A stretch of 64,000 nt of DNA from Polyangiaceae bacterium UTPRO1. Lineage in GTDB: Bacteria > Desulfobacterota > Binatia > UTPRO1. The stretch is taken from contig MWST01000001.1 in assembly GCA_002050235.1 (NCBI GenBank), forward strand, positions 4,243-68,242, in the 5' to 3' direction. The position numbers and the translations under genes are program-made. Below are positions 9,612 to 18,400 of this stretch, one piece after another (within the stretch, counting starts at the first letter, position 1; every line of letters begins with the position of its first letter). Below the pieces are notes generated by a model. That model ran no database searches and was not told the origin of the DNA. It was given only the letters and a program-made list of their open reading frames with translations.

Positions 9612-12542
9612 GTGCACCTGTCCTTCCCAAGCCGAATCCTCGCCGCGCTGCTGATGGTGTTCGCGGTCTGCCATCGACCCTCCGCGCATGCCGCCGTCGG
9701 CGCGTGGAGCCCCGATGGCCCGGAGGGCGGAACGGTCTCCGCTCTCGCCGTCGATCCGAGCGCACCGGCGACGATCTATGCCGGCAGCGTCGGCGGCGGG
9801 GTCTTCAAGACCGTCGACGGCGGTCTATCGTGGCTGGCGGCGAATACCGGTCTGAAGGGGCGACCTACCGAGCTCTATATCCACGGGCTGTCGGTGGATC
9901 CGGTCTCCCCGAACGTCGTGTACGCGGGCACCAACTCCGGAGGCTTCAAGAGCGCCGATGCCGGCGGCACGTGGACGAAGATGAGCGCGCTCGGGCTGAG
10001 CTCGGTCTACTCGTTCGCGATCGACCCTGCCGCCCCCGCGACCATTTACGCTACCACCGGAGGCGCAGGAGTCTACAAGAGCGTGGACGCCGGGGCGACC
10101 TGGGGGCAGAGCAATACGGGACTCGGCAACTTGACGGTCCACGTGGCGAAGCTCGTGCCGGGATCACCGTCGACGGTGTTCGCGGGTACGCAAGGCGGCC
10201 TCTTCCGGACGACCGACGGCGCTGCGTCGTGGGCCCAGGTGACCGGCGGCCTCACGCTGGTGTTCGTCGCCGCTATCGCGATCGATCCGGTGACGCCCAC
10301 GACCATGTACGCCGCCGGCAGCACGGTATTCAAGAGCTCCGACGGCGGAGCGACCTGGGCGCCGGCGAACGCGGGGCTCGGTAGCCTGGGGATCGAAGCG
10401 TTGGCCATCGATCCGAGCGCGCCGTCGGTTCTCTACGCCGCTACCAACGGAGGAACGTACAAGAGCACGGATGCCGGAGCGAGCTGGACGGCGATGAACG
10501 GCGGCCTCTCGAATCTCGCCGTGAAGGCGCTCGCGATCGATCCGCTCGTCCCGGCGACGATCTATTGCGGCACCGCGAACGGCTGGAGCCCCGTCTTCAA
10601 GTCCACCGACGGCGCGGGCACGTGGACGGCGGCGAGCGTCGGGTTCACCAACACTCGGATCGCCGCCATCGTCGTCGACGCTTCCGATCCGGCGACCGTG
10701 TACGCCGGCCTGCTTGGCTCCAGTCCTCCGAACGGCGTCTTCAAGAGCACGGACGGCGGTAGCACCTGGACCGACCGGAACACCGCGCTCGGCAACCGGA
10801 ACATCCAGAGTCTGGTCGCCGATCCGAACGACCCCGCCCGGCTGTTCGTCGGGACCGCCAATGGCTTGTACCGGACCGACGACGGCGCTGTGACGTGGTC
10901 CGGAGCCGGCCTTGCCGGTAGCATCACCGCGATCGCCGTCGACCCGACGAGTGGCGGCACGATCTACGCCGCGGTCGCGAGCGGGGGGCTCTACAAGACG
11001 ACGGACGACGGCGCCGTCTGGATGTCCAGCGGCCTGGCGTCGCGGTACGTGGATGCGCTCGTCATCGATCCCGTCGTGCCGACGACTCTCTACGCGGGAA
11101 CCAGGAGCGGGTACGGCGTCTTCAAGTCGACGGACGGCGGCACCACGTGGAACGCCATGAATAGCGGGCTCGGTGTCTTGAGCGGCGCCAACGACGTATT
11201 GGCGTTGGTCCTCGACCCGGGCGCGACGCCGACCGTCTACGCGAGCGTCAGCTTCCGCGGCTTGTTCCGGAGCACGGACGCTGCGGCAACCTGGACCGCG
11301 ATGAGAGGTCCGAACGAATATGTGACTGCCCTGCTGCTGGCGCCGGGTTCACCCGGGACGATCTGGGCCGGTACGTTGACCCGGGGCGTGTTCATGACGA
11401 ACGACGCCGGATCGCTGTGGACGGCGCTGGGTGCGGGGCTCGGTCACACTACTGTGGCGGAGCTCGCGACCGATCCGACCGGGACGACGCTCTACGACGC
11501 CTCGGACGGGGGCGGTGTCTTCGAATGGTCGTCGGTCTGCGGCAACGGCGTGCGCGAGCTCGCGGAAGGGTGCGACGACGGCGACCTGGACGACGGGGAC
11601 GGGTGCAGCTCGTCGTGCGCGGTCGAGCCGACGCCCACACCGACCCCGACGGCGCCGGTGATCACGGCGACGCCGACGCTGGAACCCACTGTGACGGCGA
11701 CCCCCACCGCGACGGTTTCTCCGACGCCGCCCCCGACGCCGACGGCAACCGCGAGCGAGACCTCCGCTCCCACGGCCACCCCGGCGCCGACGGTGACCAC
11801 GACGACGCCGCCGACGCCGACGAGTACCCCGACCGTCACCGAGACCGCGACGCCGTTGGAAACCGCGACGCCGACGCCGCTACCGACGGCCGCGTGCGGG
11901 AACGCTGCGCTCGACGCCGGTGAGCAGTGCGACGACGGGAACACGGCGGCGGAGGATGGCTGCGACGCGGGTTGTCGCTTCGAGCAGTTGGTTCCCGGCA
12001 GGGGCTCGGCCGCAACCGATTGCATCGCCGAGTGGGCGATCGTGAATCCCGGGAACGCGCCCTATCTCGATCGCAAGGGACTCCCGAGCTTCAAGCAACG
12101 CTGCGTCGACGGCGATCCGCGCTGCGACGCCGACGGCGCGCCTGACGGCGTCTGTCGCTTCCGCGTTGCGGTGTGCCTGCGCAACGTCGACGCCAATCTG
12201 CCGCTCTGCGGACCGTTTCCGGCGATCGGTACGTACACGTTGCTGAAGCCGCGTCCCGACGACCGCAAAGCCGTACGTGCCGCCGACGCCGCGGCGCTGC
12301 TCGCCGCCTTTGCGCGCCTCGGCGCCGCCGGCGTGAGCGGTCCGCACGGGAACGTATTGACCTTCGCAACGCCGCTCGCGGTTGCGGCGCCCGACAATTG
12401 CACGGCTTCGACGGAGATCGCCGTGCCCCTCCAGGGCCGCCGGGGGTCGCTGACGTTGAAAGGGCGCGCGACGACGTACGCGCCGCTCGCGAAGGGGACG
12501 CGGGACACCGATGCGCTGCAACTGATCTGCGAGGGATCCTGA
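9612..12542 (+). CDS. Giant secreted Asp-box (BNR) repeat protein A with Myxococcus-type Cys-rich repeats, Pro/Thr linker and C-terminal Cys-containing domain
   Basis: Signal peptide (ILAALLMVFAVCHRPSAHA). 13 repeats of [FY]K[ST]xDxGx[ST]W. Two CGNG..E.CDDG...DGC...C repeats flank a Pro/Thr linker, followed by a ~220-aa C-terminal domain. Start set at GTG 9612 (alternative ATG 9654); the track start 9471 is a TTG-extended version. Confidence 0.85.
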   Translation: MHLSFPSRILAALLMVFAVCHRPSAHAAVGAWSPDGPEGGTVSALAVDPSAPATIYAGSVGGGVFKTVDGGLSWLAANTGLKGRPTELYIHGLSVDPVSPNVVYAGTNSGGFKSADAGGTWTKMSALGLSSVYSFAIDPAAPATIYATTGGAGVYKSVDAGATWGQSNTGLGNLTVHVAKLVPGSPSTVFAGTQGGLFRTTDGAASWAQVTGGLTLVFVAAIAIDPVTPTTMYAAGSTVFKSSDGGATWAPANAGLGSLGIEALAIDPSAPSVLYAATNGGTYKSTDAGASWTAMNGGLSNLAVKALAIDPLVPATIYCGTANGWSPVFKSTDGAGTWTAASVGFTNTRIAAIVVDASDPATVYAGLLGSSPPNGVFKSTDGGSTWTDRNTALGNRNIQSLVADPNDPARLFVGTANGLYRTDDGAVTWSGAGLAGSITAIAVDPTSGGTIYAAVASGGLYKTTDDGAVWMSSGLASRYVDALVIDPVVPTTLYAGTRSGYGVFKSTDGGTTWNAMNSGLGVLSGANDVLALVLDPGATPTVYASVSFRGLFRSTDAAATWTAMRGPNEYVTALLLAPGSPGTIWAGTLTRGVFMTNDAGSLWTALGAGLGHTTVAELATDPTGTTLYDASDGGGVFEWSSVCGNGVRELAEGCDDGDLDDGDGCSSSCAVEPTPTPTPTAPVITATPTLEPTVTATPTATVSPTPPPTPTATASETSAPTATPAPTVTTTTPPTPTSTPTVTETATPLETATPTPLPTAACGNAALDAGEQCDDGNTAAEDGCDAGCRFEQLVPGRGSAATDCIAEWAIVNPGNAPYLDRKGLPSFKQRCVDGDPRCDADGAPDGVCRFRVAVCLRNVDANLPLCGPFPAIGTYTLLKPRPDDRKAVRAADAAALLAAFARLGAAGVSGPHGNVLTFATPLAVAAPDNCTASTEIAVPLQGRRGSLTLKGRATTYAPLAKGTRDTDALQLICEGS
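9795..11425 (+). repeat. Array of 13 Asp-box/BNR repeats (period about 43-47 aa) within protein A
   Basis: Motifs counted by eye: VFKTVDGGLSW, FKSADAGGTW, YKSVDAGATW, FRTTDGAASW, FKSSDGGATW, YKSTDAGASW, FKSTDGAGTW, FKSTDGGSTW, YRTDDGAVTW, YKTTDDGAVW, FKSTDGGTTW, FRSTDAAATW, FMTNDAGSLW. Confidence 0.85.
11622..11890 (+). repeat. Low-complexity Pro/Thr linker coding region in protein A
   Basis: Encodes VEPTPTPTPTAPVITATPTLEPTVTATPTATVSPTPPPTPTATASETSAPTATPAPTVTTTTPPTPTSTPTVTETATPLETATPTPLPTA. The DNA consists of reiterated acg/ccg/acc/ccc codons. Confidence 0.9.
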
Positions 12543-12553
12543 GGGGAGCGCGC

Positions 12554-15418
12554 ATGGTGAAGATCGCCTGCGTGTGCCTGCTCCTGAGCACTGCCGTGCT
12601 CTTCCCGGCGGTGGGAGATGCCGGGATCAACCGCTGGACGACCCAGGGTCCCGACGGTGGCCGCGTATTCGACCTCGCGTTCAGTCCCTCGGCGCCCTCC
12701 GTGGTGTACGCGGCGACGGACGGCGGGATCTTCAAGAGCACGAACGGCGGCGCGGCGTGGACCCTCTGTCCGGGACTCGAGCACTTCATGTCGAAGGTCG
12801 CAGTCGATCCCACGACGCCGACCACCGTGTACGGAGGGGCATCCTACGACGGCTTCTACAAGAGCACCGACGGGGGCGCGACGTGGTCGTTCGCCGGCAG
12901 CGGCTTCTCCGACCTCCGGATCCGCGGCGTCGCCGTCGATCCACACGCGCCGGCGACGGTGTACGTCGGCACGCAATACGGAGGCGCCTACAAGAGCAGC
13001 GACCGCGGCGATACCTGGACGTCGATCACCGGCAGTCTCCCCGGGGCGGTGCAGGCATTCGCCTTCGATCCGTCGATGCCCGGAGTCGTCTATGCCGGGC
13101 TCGAGACCGGCGGCGTCTACAAAAGCATCGACGACGGGGCGACGTGGCTCGGTGCGGCCACTGGGTTGGGCTCGAGCAGCGTGAACGGTCTCGTCGTCGA
13201 CCCGTACGCCCCCGCCACGCTCTACGCCGCAACGTTCTCGGGGATCTACAAGACCACGAACGGTGGCGATTCTTGGACGCGAGTGTTCGTGGGGTTCTTG
13301 TTCACGATCGCGATCGATCCGGCGAATCCGGCGACACTCTACGCCGGGGGGGAGAACGGGCGCGTCTTCAAGACCACCAACGGCGGCGGCGCGTGGACCT
13401 CGGGGGTGACGACCTTGCCCGCGGCGCACGTGCGGGCGCTCGCCCTCGATCCCGCCAGCTCCGCGCGAGTGCTCGTCGGCCAGATACAAGGAGCCGGCGG
13501 CGTGTTCGGCTCGGCCGACGGCGGAGCGACGTGGGAGGCGAGCGGTGCGGGAATCGTTGCGCTGAGCTTCGGTGCGCTCGCACTCGACCCGTCCGATCCG
13601 ACGATCGTGTACACGGGGACCGGCGTGTCGGGGCTGTACAAGTCGACGGACGCTGCCGGCAGTTGGCAAGCGATGAGCAGCGGCATCACGGCCAGCCGGA
13701 ACGTCCGGGCGATCGCCGTCGATCCAGTCACGCCGACGACCGTCTATGCCGGGACGGAGGCGGGCGTCTACAAGAGCGTCGACGCCGGCAGTCATTGGAC
13801 GCCGGCGAGCAACGGGCTCTCCATCCTGAACGTAGCCTGCCTGGTGATCGACCCGGTTGATCCGCGGACGCTGTATGCCGGGACCAGCAACGGGGTCTTC
13901 AAGAGTACGGACGGAGCGGCCACCTGGAGCGGCTCGAGCAACGGCTTGACGGGCCAGATCTACGATCTCGCGATCGATCCGCAGAGCCCGGCGACGCTGT
14001 ATGCCGCGTCGGTGGGGGGCGTGGGCGCGCCGCTCTACAAGACGACCGACGGGGGAGCGAGCTGGGTGGTGCGGACGAACGGGCTCCTGCCGGCGGCGTA
14101 CGTCTATGGGCTCGCCATCGGCGGTGACGATCCGCAGAGGCTCTACGCGGCGACGGACATCGGCGTGTTCAAGACCAGCAACGGCGCGTCCTCGTGGACC
14201 CTGACCACCGCGACGAGCGGCGCCGCCAGCGCCGTCGCCGTGGATCCGGACGATGCGAACATCGTGTATGCGGGTACGAACGCAGCGGCGCTCGTGCGCA
14301 GCAGGGACGGCGGCAACACCTGGCTGCCGATGGGGGATGGGTTGCCGTTCGTCGGGATCTGGGAGCTGCGGGTCGAGCCGGGGAACGCACGGGTACACGC
14401 CGCGACCGGCCGTGGCGTCATGACCTTCGAGCCACGCTGCGGCAACGGCATCGTGGATCCAACCGAGGCCTGCGACGACGGCGCCGCGACGGGATACCAG
14501 GGCTCGTGCTGCTCGTTTCCCGGGTGTCAGGCGCTGCCGCCGGCGAGCGGTTGCGCGGTGACGTCGACGCCGACCGCATCGCGCACGCCCACCCCGACCC
14601 GAACGCCTACGGCCACGATGACGGCGACGCCGACGCCCACGGCGACCGGGACATCTTTACCGACGGTCACGGTGACGAGCGCCGGTACTACGACCGTCGC
14701 CAGTACGCCCGGACCTTCGGAGACTCCCACCCCGTTCGCGGAGCCGACGCCCACGCCCGATCCCACTCCCGCATGCGGTGATGGACGGCTCGGCGCCGAC
14801 GAGCAGTGCGACGACGGCAACGCGCTCGGCGGTGACGGCTGCAGCTCGGCCTGCCGGTACGAGCAGCTAGTGCCGGGAAAGGGATCGCCCGCGACCGACT
14901 GCTTCGCCGAATGGGCGGTCACGAATCCCGGAAACTCACCCTACCTCGATCGGGCGGGCGTCCCGAGCATCAAACAGCGATGCGTCGACGGCGATCCCGC
15001 GTGCGACGCCGACGGCACCGTCGACGACGTGTGCCGCTTCCGCGTCGCGGTCTGCCTGCGGAACGCCGATCCTGGCCTGCCGCTCTGCGCGCCTGCCCCG
15101 ATCGCACGCGTGGTGCTGAAGAAACCACGGCCGGGCGCCGTCAAGCCGGTGCCGGCGCGGAACGCCGTCGCCTTGTTGGCGGCATTCGATCGATTTCCGG
15201 CTGCGACTGCCGGGAGGTCGTCTGCCGACACCATCGTATTCTCGCCGGTGCTCGCCGCGCTCGCACCCGAAAACTGCTCCTATCCGTTCGAGATCCTGGT
15301 GCCGCTCGTCGGCGCTCGTTCCACGACGACGCTGAAGCTGCGCACGGAGAGCGACGCGTCCTCCGGCCGCACGCGCTTGGATACGGATACGCTGCGGCTC
15401 AGCTGCGAGCGGCCCTGA
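12554..15418 (+). CDS. Giant secreted Asp-box (BNR) repeat protein B, tandem paralog of protein A
   Basis: ATG at 12554 is preceded by GAGGGGAG. Signal peptide MVKIACVCLLLSTAVLFPAVGDA. It has 13 Asp-box repeats, two Cys-rich repeats, a Pro/Thr linker and a C-terminal domain that aligns by eye with protein A (EQLVPG.GS.ATDC.AEWA..NPGN.PYLDR.G.PS.KQRCVDGDP.CDADG...VCRFRVAVCLRN). The track ORF start 12173 overlaps protein A and is rejected. Confidence 0.85.
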   Translation: MVKIACVCLLLSTAVLFPAVGDAGINRWTTQGPDGGRVFDLAFSPSAPSVVYAATDGGIFKSTNGGAAWTLCPGLEHFMSKVAVDPTTPTTVYGGASYDGFYKSTDGGATWSFAGSGFSDLRIRGVAVDPHAPATVYVGTQYGGAYKSSDRGDTWTSITGSLPGAVQAFAFDPSMPGVVYAGLETGGVYKSIDDGATWLGAATGLGSSSVNGLVVDPYAPATLYAATFSGIYKTTNGGDSWTRVFVGFLFTIAIDPANPATLYAGGENGRVFKTTNGGGAWTSGVTTLPAAHVRALALDPASSARVLVGQIQGAGGVFGSADGGATWEASGAGIVALSFGALALDPSDPTIVYTGTGVSGLYKSTDAAGSWQAMSSGITASRNVRAIAVDPVTPTTVYAGTEAGVYKSVDAGSHWTPASNGLSILNVACLVIDPVDPRTLYAGTSNGVFKSTDGAATWSGSSNGLTGQIYDLAIDPQSPATLYAASVGGVGAPLYKTTDGGASWVVRTNGLLPAAYVYGLAIGGDDPQRLYAATDIGVFKTSNGASSWTLTTATSGAASAVAVDPDDANIVYAGTNAAALVRSRDGGNTWLPMGDGLPFVGIWELRVEPGNARVHAATGRGVMTFEPRCGNGIVDPTEACDDGAATGYQGSCCSFPGCQALPPASGCAVTSTPTASRTPTPTRTPTATMTATPTPTATGTSLPTVTVTSAGTTTVASTPGPSETPTPFAEPTPTPDPTPACGDGRLGADEQCDDGNALGGDGCSSACRYEQLVPGKGSPATDCFAEWAVTNPGNSPYLDRAGVPSIKQRCVDGDPACDADGTVDDVCRFRVAVCLRNADPGLPLCAPAPIARVVLKKPRPGAVKPVPARNAVALLAAFDRFPAATAGRSSADTIVFSPVLAALAPENCSYPFEILVPLVGARSTTTLKLRTESDASSGRTRLDTDTLRLSCERP
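12721..14325 (+). repeat. Array of 13 Asp-box/BNR repeats within protein B
   Basis: Motifs: FKSTNGGAAW, YKSTDGGATW, YKSSDRGDTW, YKSIDDGATW, YKTTNGGDSW, FKTTNGGGAW, FGSADGGATW, YKSTDAAGSW, YKSVDAGSHW, FKSTDGAATW, YKTTDGGASW, FKTSNGASSW, VRSRDGGNTW. Confidence 0.85.
14558..14772 (+). repeat. Low-complexity Pro/Thr linker coding region in protein B
   Basis: Encodes VTSTPTASRTPTPTRTPTATMTATPTPTATGTSLPTVTVTSAGTTTVASTPGPSETPTPFAEPTPTPDPTPA. Confidence 0.9.
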
Positions 15419-15424
15419 CGTCCG

Positions 15425-18400
15425 TCAATCGGAGCGATCCTGGAGTCGCGTCGGATCCTGGCGCTCGAACGGGGCGGCATAGCTCGCGCCCCAGCAAAGG
15501 CCGCCGCGGGCCTGGAGCTGTATGGTGAGCGGTGCGGCGAAAGTCGTGGGCGGCGGCATGGCCAAGGCCGAGCCCGATCCCTTGAGGTCGATCTTCGCGA
15601 CGCCGTCGGGCCCCGCCTTCAGGGACACCTGGAGCCGTCCGTCGGGACCGAACGCGTAGTTGCGATACGTGAATCCGCTCGGACGCGCGCTCCAACACGG
15701 CCGTCCGGCGCAGACGCCGGCAGCGGGCATGGCCCACTCCGCGCGCAGGCCGCTGGCGTCGTAGAGGCAGAGCGCGAAGTCCGATCCGTCGGGCTGCGTC
15801 GGGTTGCCGAAGTCGGCGACGGCCGTGGCCGCACCATGGGTCCACTTCCAGCGCACCGTGTCCTTACGGCCGCCTTCGCGATCGCGGAGCTGCACCGACG
15901 CCATGCCCGATCGCACCGGCCGACGGCAACCCGTTGACGGTGCCGGACCGCACTGCGGTCCGGGTGTGGGCGTCGCGGTGGCGATCGTCGTCGCGGATAC
16001 GGTCGGAGTGGCGGTCCGCGTCGGGGTGGGCGTCCGCGTCGCGGTGCGCGTTGCGGTCGGCAGGCGCGGCGTCACGGTCGGGGACGCATCCGGATCGCAG
16101 GGATCTCCGAGCCCGTCGCCGTCGGTATCCTGTTGCTCGATGTTGGCGATGGTCGGACAGTTGTCGAAGGCATCGGGAATCTCGTCGCCGTCTTGATCGG
16201 CGGCTGCTGCGACCGTGATCTCCTGGCGGCAGATCGCAGAGGCGGGACAGTCAGCGGTAGCCGCGCAGGGATCGAGCGCCCGTTCGCAACGACCCGCGTC
16301 GCCGCAGGTCGCCGGGGCTTCGCAGGACGCGTCGTTCGTACAGGTCGTGCCGAGATCCTCGATGCACCGGCCGGCGCTGCTGAAGACGCTGCCGCCTCCG
16401 TCCGGTGCGGTTAGCGGGCTCACGAGCCGTTGGATGTTCTGTCCGGCCGCTACGCAGGTCGCCGGCGCGGTGCAGCTTGCATTGGTGGCGCACGGCCCCT
16501 CGACGGTCTTGCAGACTCCCTGGCCCGGAGCGTCGCGCACGGGCTCGCAGTAGTTGTCCGTGCCGCAGAGACCGGATTGCTGCGGATCGCACGCGATCCC
16601 GAGGCTGCGCGTGCAGCCGCCGGGAGGTACGAAGCACGTTCCTCCCGGGCAGTTGGCGTCGCTCGCGCAAGCGTTGCCGCTCGTGGTGCAGATGCCGGCG
16701 CTCACGCTCCCGAGCACGCGGAGGGGACTCGCCGCACCGCCCGCACGGCCGCGCGCCCGGCCGCCGCTCGGCGGCGCCAGGCGAGGGTTGAAGACCTGCA
16801 GAACCAGGTCGTCCTGATCGCCGTCGCCGTTCAGGTCGCGCCCCTGATCGGCCTCTAGCGTCAGAAACGTCACCGTGTCGCCCTGGACTCGATACGGTTG
16901 CCGGGGGTCGCAGGCTTCGAGCCGACACGGGGTGACCGCCATGGCGGTGTTGAGGAGCCGCCGGCTCTCGACGTCGTAGATCTGCAATACGTCGTCGGCG
17001 ATGTCACCGTCACCGTTCAGAGGGAGGCCGCCTTCGGCGGCTTCGCTGGTGCGGAAGGCGACGAGCTCGCGTCCGGCCGTACCACCGATTACGAACTCCT
17101 CGGCGGCGCAGGCGCGCGGCGTCGTCGTCGCGCCGAGCAGGATCCGGCCGAGGGCGGCGTCGTAGATCTGGAGCACGCGATCGGTCGCATCGGCGTCGCC
17201 ATTGATCCGTGCGGAGCCTTGCGCGCTCTCGTCGGTCAGGAAGACCGCGATCGGGCCGGCGAGCGCGAGCTTCACGGCAGCCTGGCCGACGTTCGCCCAG
17301 CCGCCGCCGTCGAGCGCCCGTACCGCGACGACCGTGTCGGCGCTATCGCCGTCGCCGTTCAGGTCCGCGCCCTCGCCCGCCTCGGAGACGAGAGCGGCGA
17401 CGTGGCTGGCGGAGAGGGCGACGCTCGTTGCGGCGAGGCCGAGATTCTGGACGCTGCCGTTCGCCCAGAGGTGCACGACCTCGTCGAGCGCGTCGGCGTC
17501 ACCGTTCAGGCTCGGGGCAGCCGCGGGACACCCGGGCGCGTTGCCGCCGCTCTCGGGTCGCAAGAACGCCGCGGCGCCCGCCGCGACGCTCACCGCGCCC
17601 GCCGGGCACGACGGTCCGAGCGAGGCGCCGGTCTGTGCGTCGATCACCTGCAGGACGGTATCCGCGAGATCGCAATCGCCGGTGAGGTCGTGGGCGCAGT
17701 CGGTGCGGTCGGGCGCCCATACCTGTGCGCGGATGCCAGTGACGTCGTAATAGCCGACGATCTGGCCGTCGGCGCTGATGGAGGATTCCCCTCCGGCCGC
17801 GTAGATCAACTCGGTGGTCGCCGTCAGGCGATCGCGGCGGTAGAGGGCGAAAGCGCTCCCCGGAAACCCCGGCACGACGTTGGGAGAGTTGTCCGAGCCG
17901 AAGAGGACGTACCGCGCGTCGCCGCTCACGCCGCGCAGTCGGCCCAAGCCGGGCAACTGCACCCCACCGTTGCCGAGGCTGACGCGTTCTGTGATGCCGG
18001 TCAGTCGGTCGCGGACGAAGACGTCGCCGATGCCGTTCGTGTCGCCGGCGACGAGGTTCGACGCGGAGGACGTGAAGGCTACGTACCGGCCGTCCGGAGT
18101 GATCAGCGGCGCGCCGGCGTCGTGGTTCGGCGCCCCTCCCGTGGGCGTCACGTCGATGCGTTCGACGGTGCCGGTCGCCCGGTCGCGCACGTAGACTCCC
18201 GTCCAGTTTCCCGGCGGCACGAGGCTGGCATCGTTGGACGTGAAGACGACGAAGCGGCCGTCGGCGCTGAGAGTCGCGCCGCCGCCGCCGCTCGGATTCG
18301 CCGGCGGAGCGTTGCGGCGGCTCACGCACTCGGTCGAGCCGGTGAGAGTGTCGTGCAGAAACGAGTCGGTGATCCCGTTGGTGTCGTTAGCGACCAGATT

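Noticed and set aside
11622-11890. Short reiterated acg/ccg/acc motifs (also at 14558-14772 and 15955-16095) as possible CRISPR or non-coding tandem repeats
   Set aside because: They are in frame inside long ORFs and encode Pro/Thr linkers. There is no repeat-spacer periodicity and there are no cas genes.
9471-12553. Over-extended N-termini in the ORF track for protein A (start 9471) and protein B (start 12173)
   Set aside because: The extensions are Arg-rich and use TTG/GTG starts. They overlap the divergent radical SAM promoter region or the preceding gene. Clear signal peptides with RBS-like sequences start at 9612/9654 and 12554.
12062-14398. 778-aa minus-strand ORF (plus 12091..12825 and several others) opposite protein B
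   Set aside because: Arg/Gly/Pro/Ala-rich antisense shadow. The plus strand encodes 13 regular Asp-box repeats.
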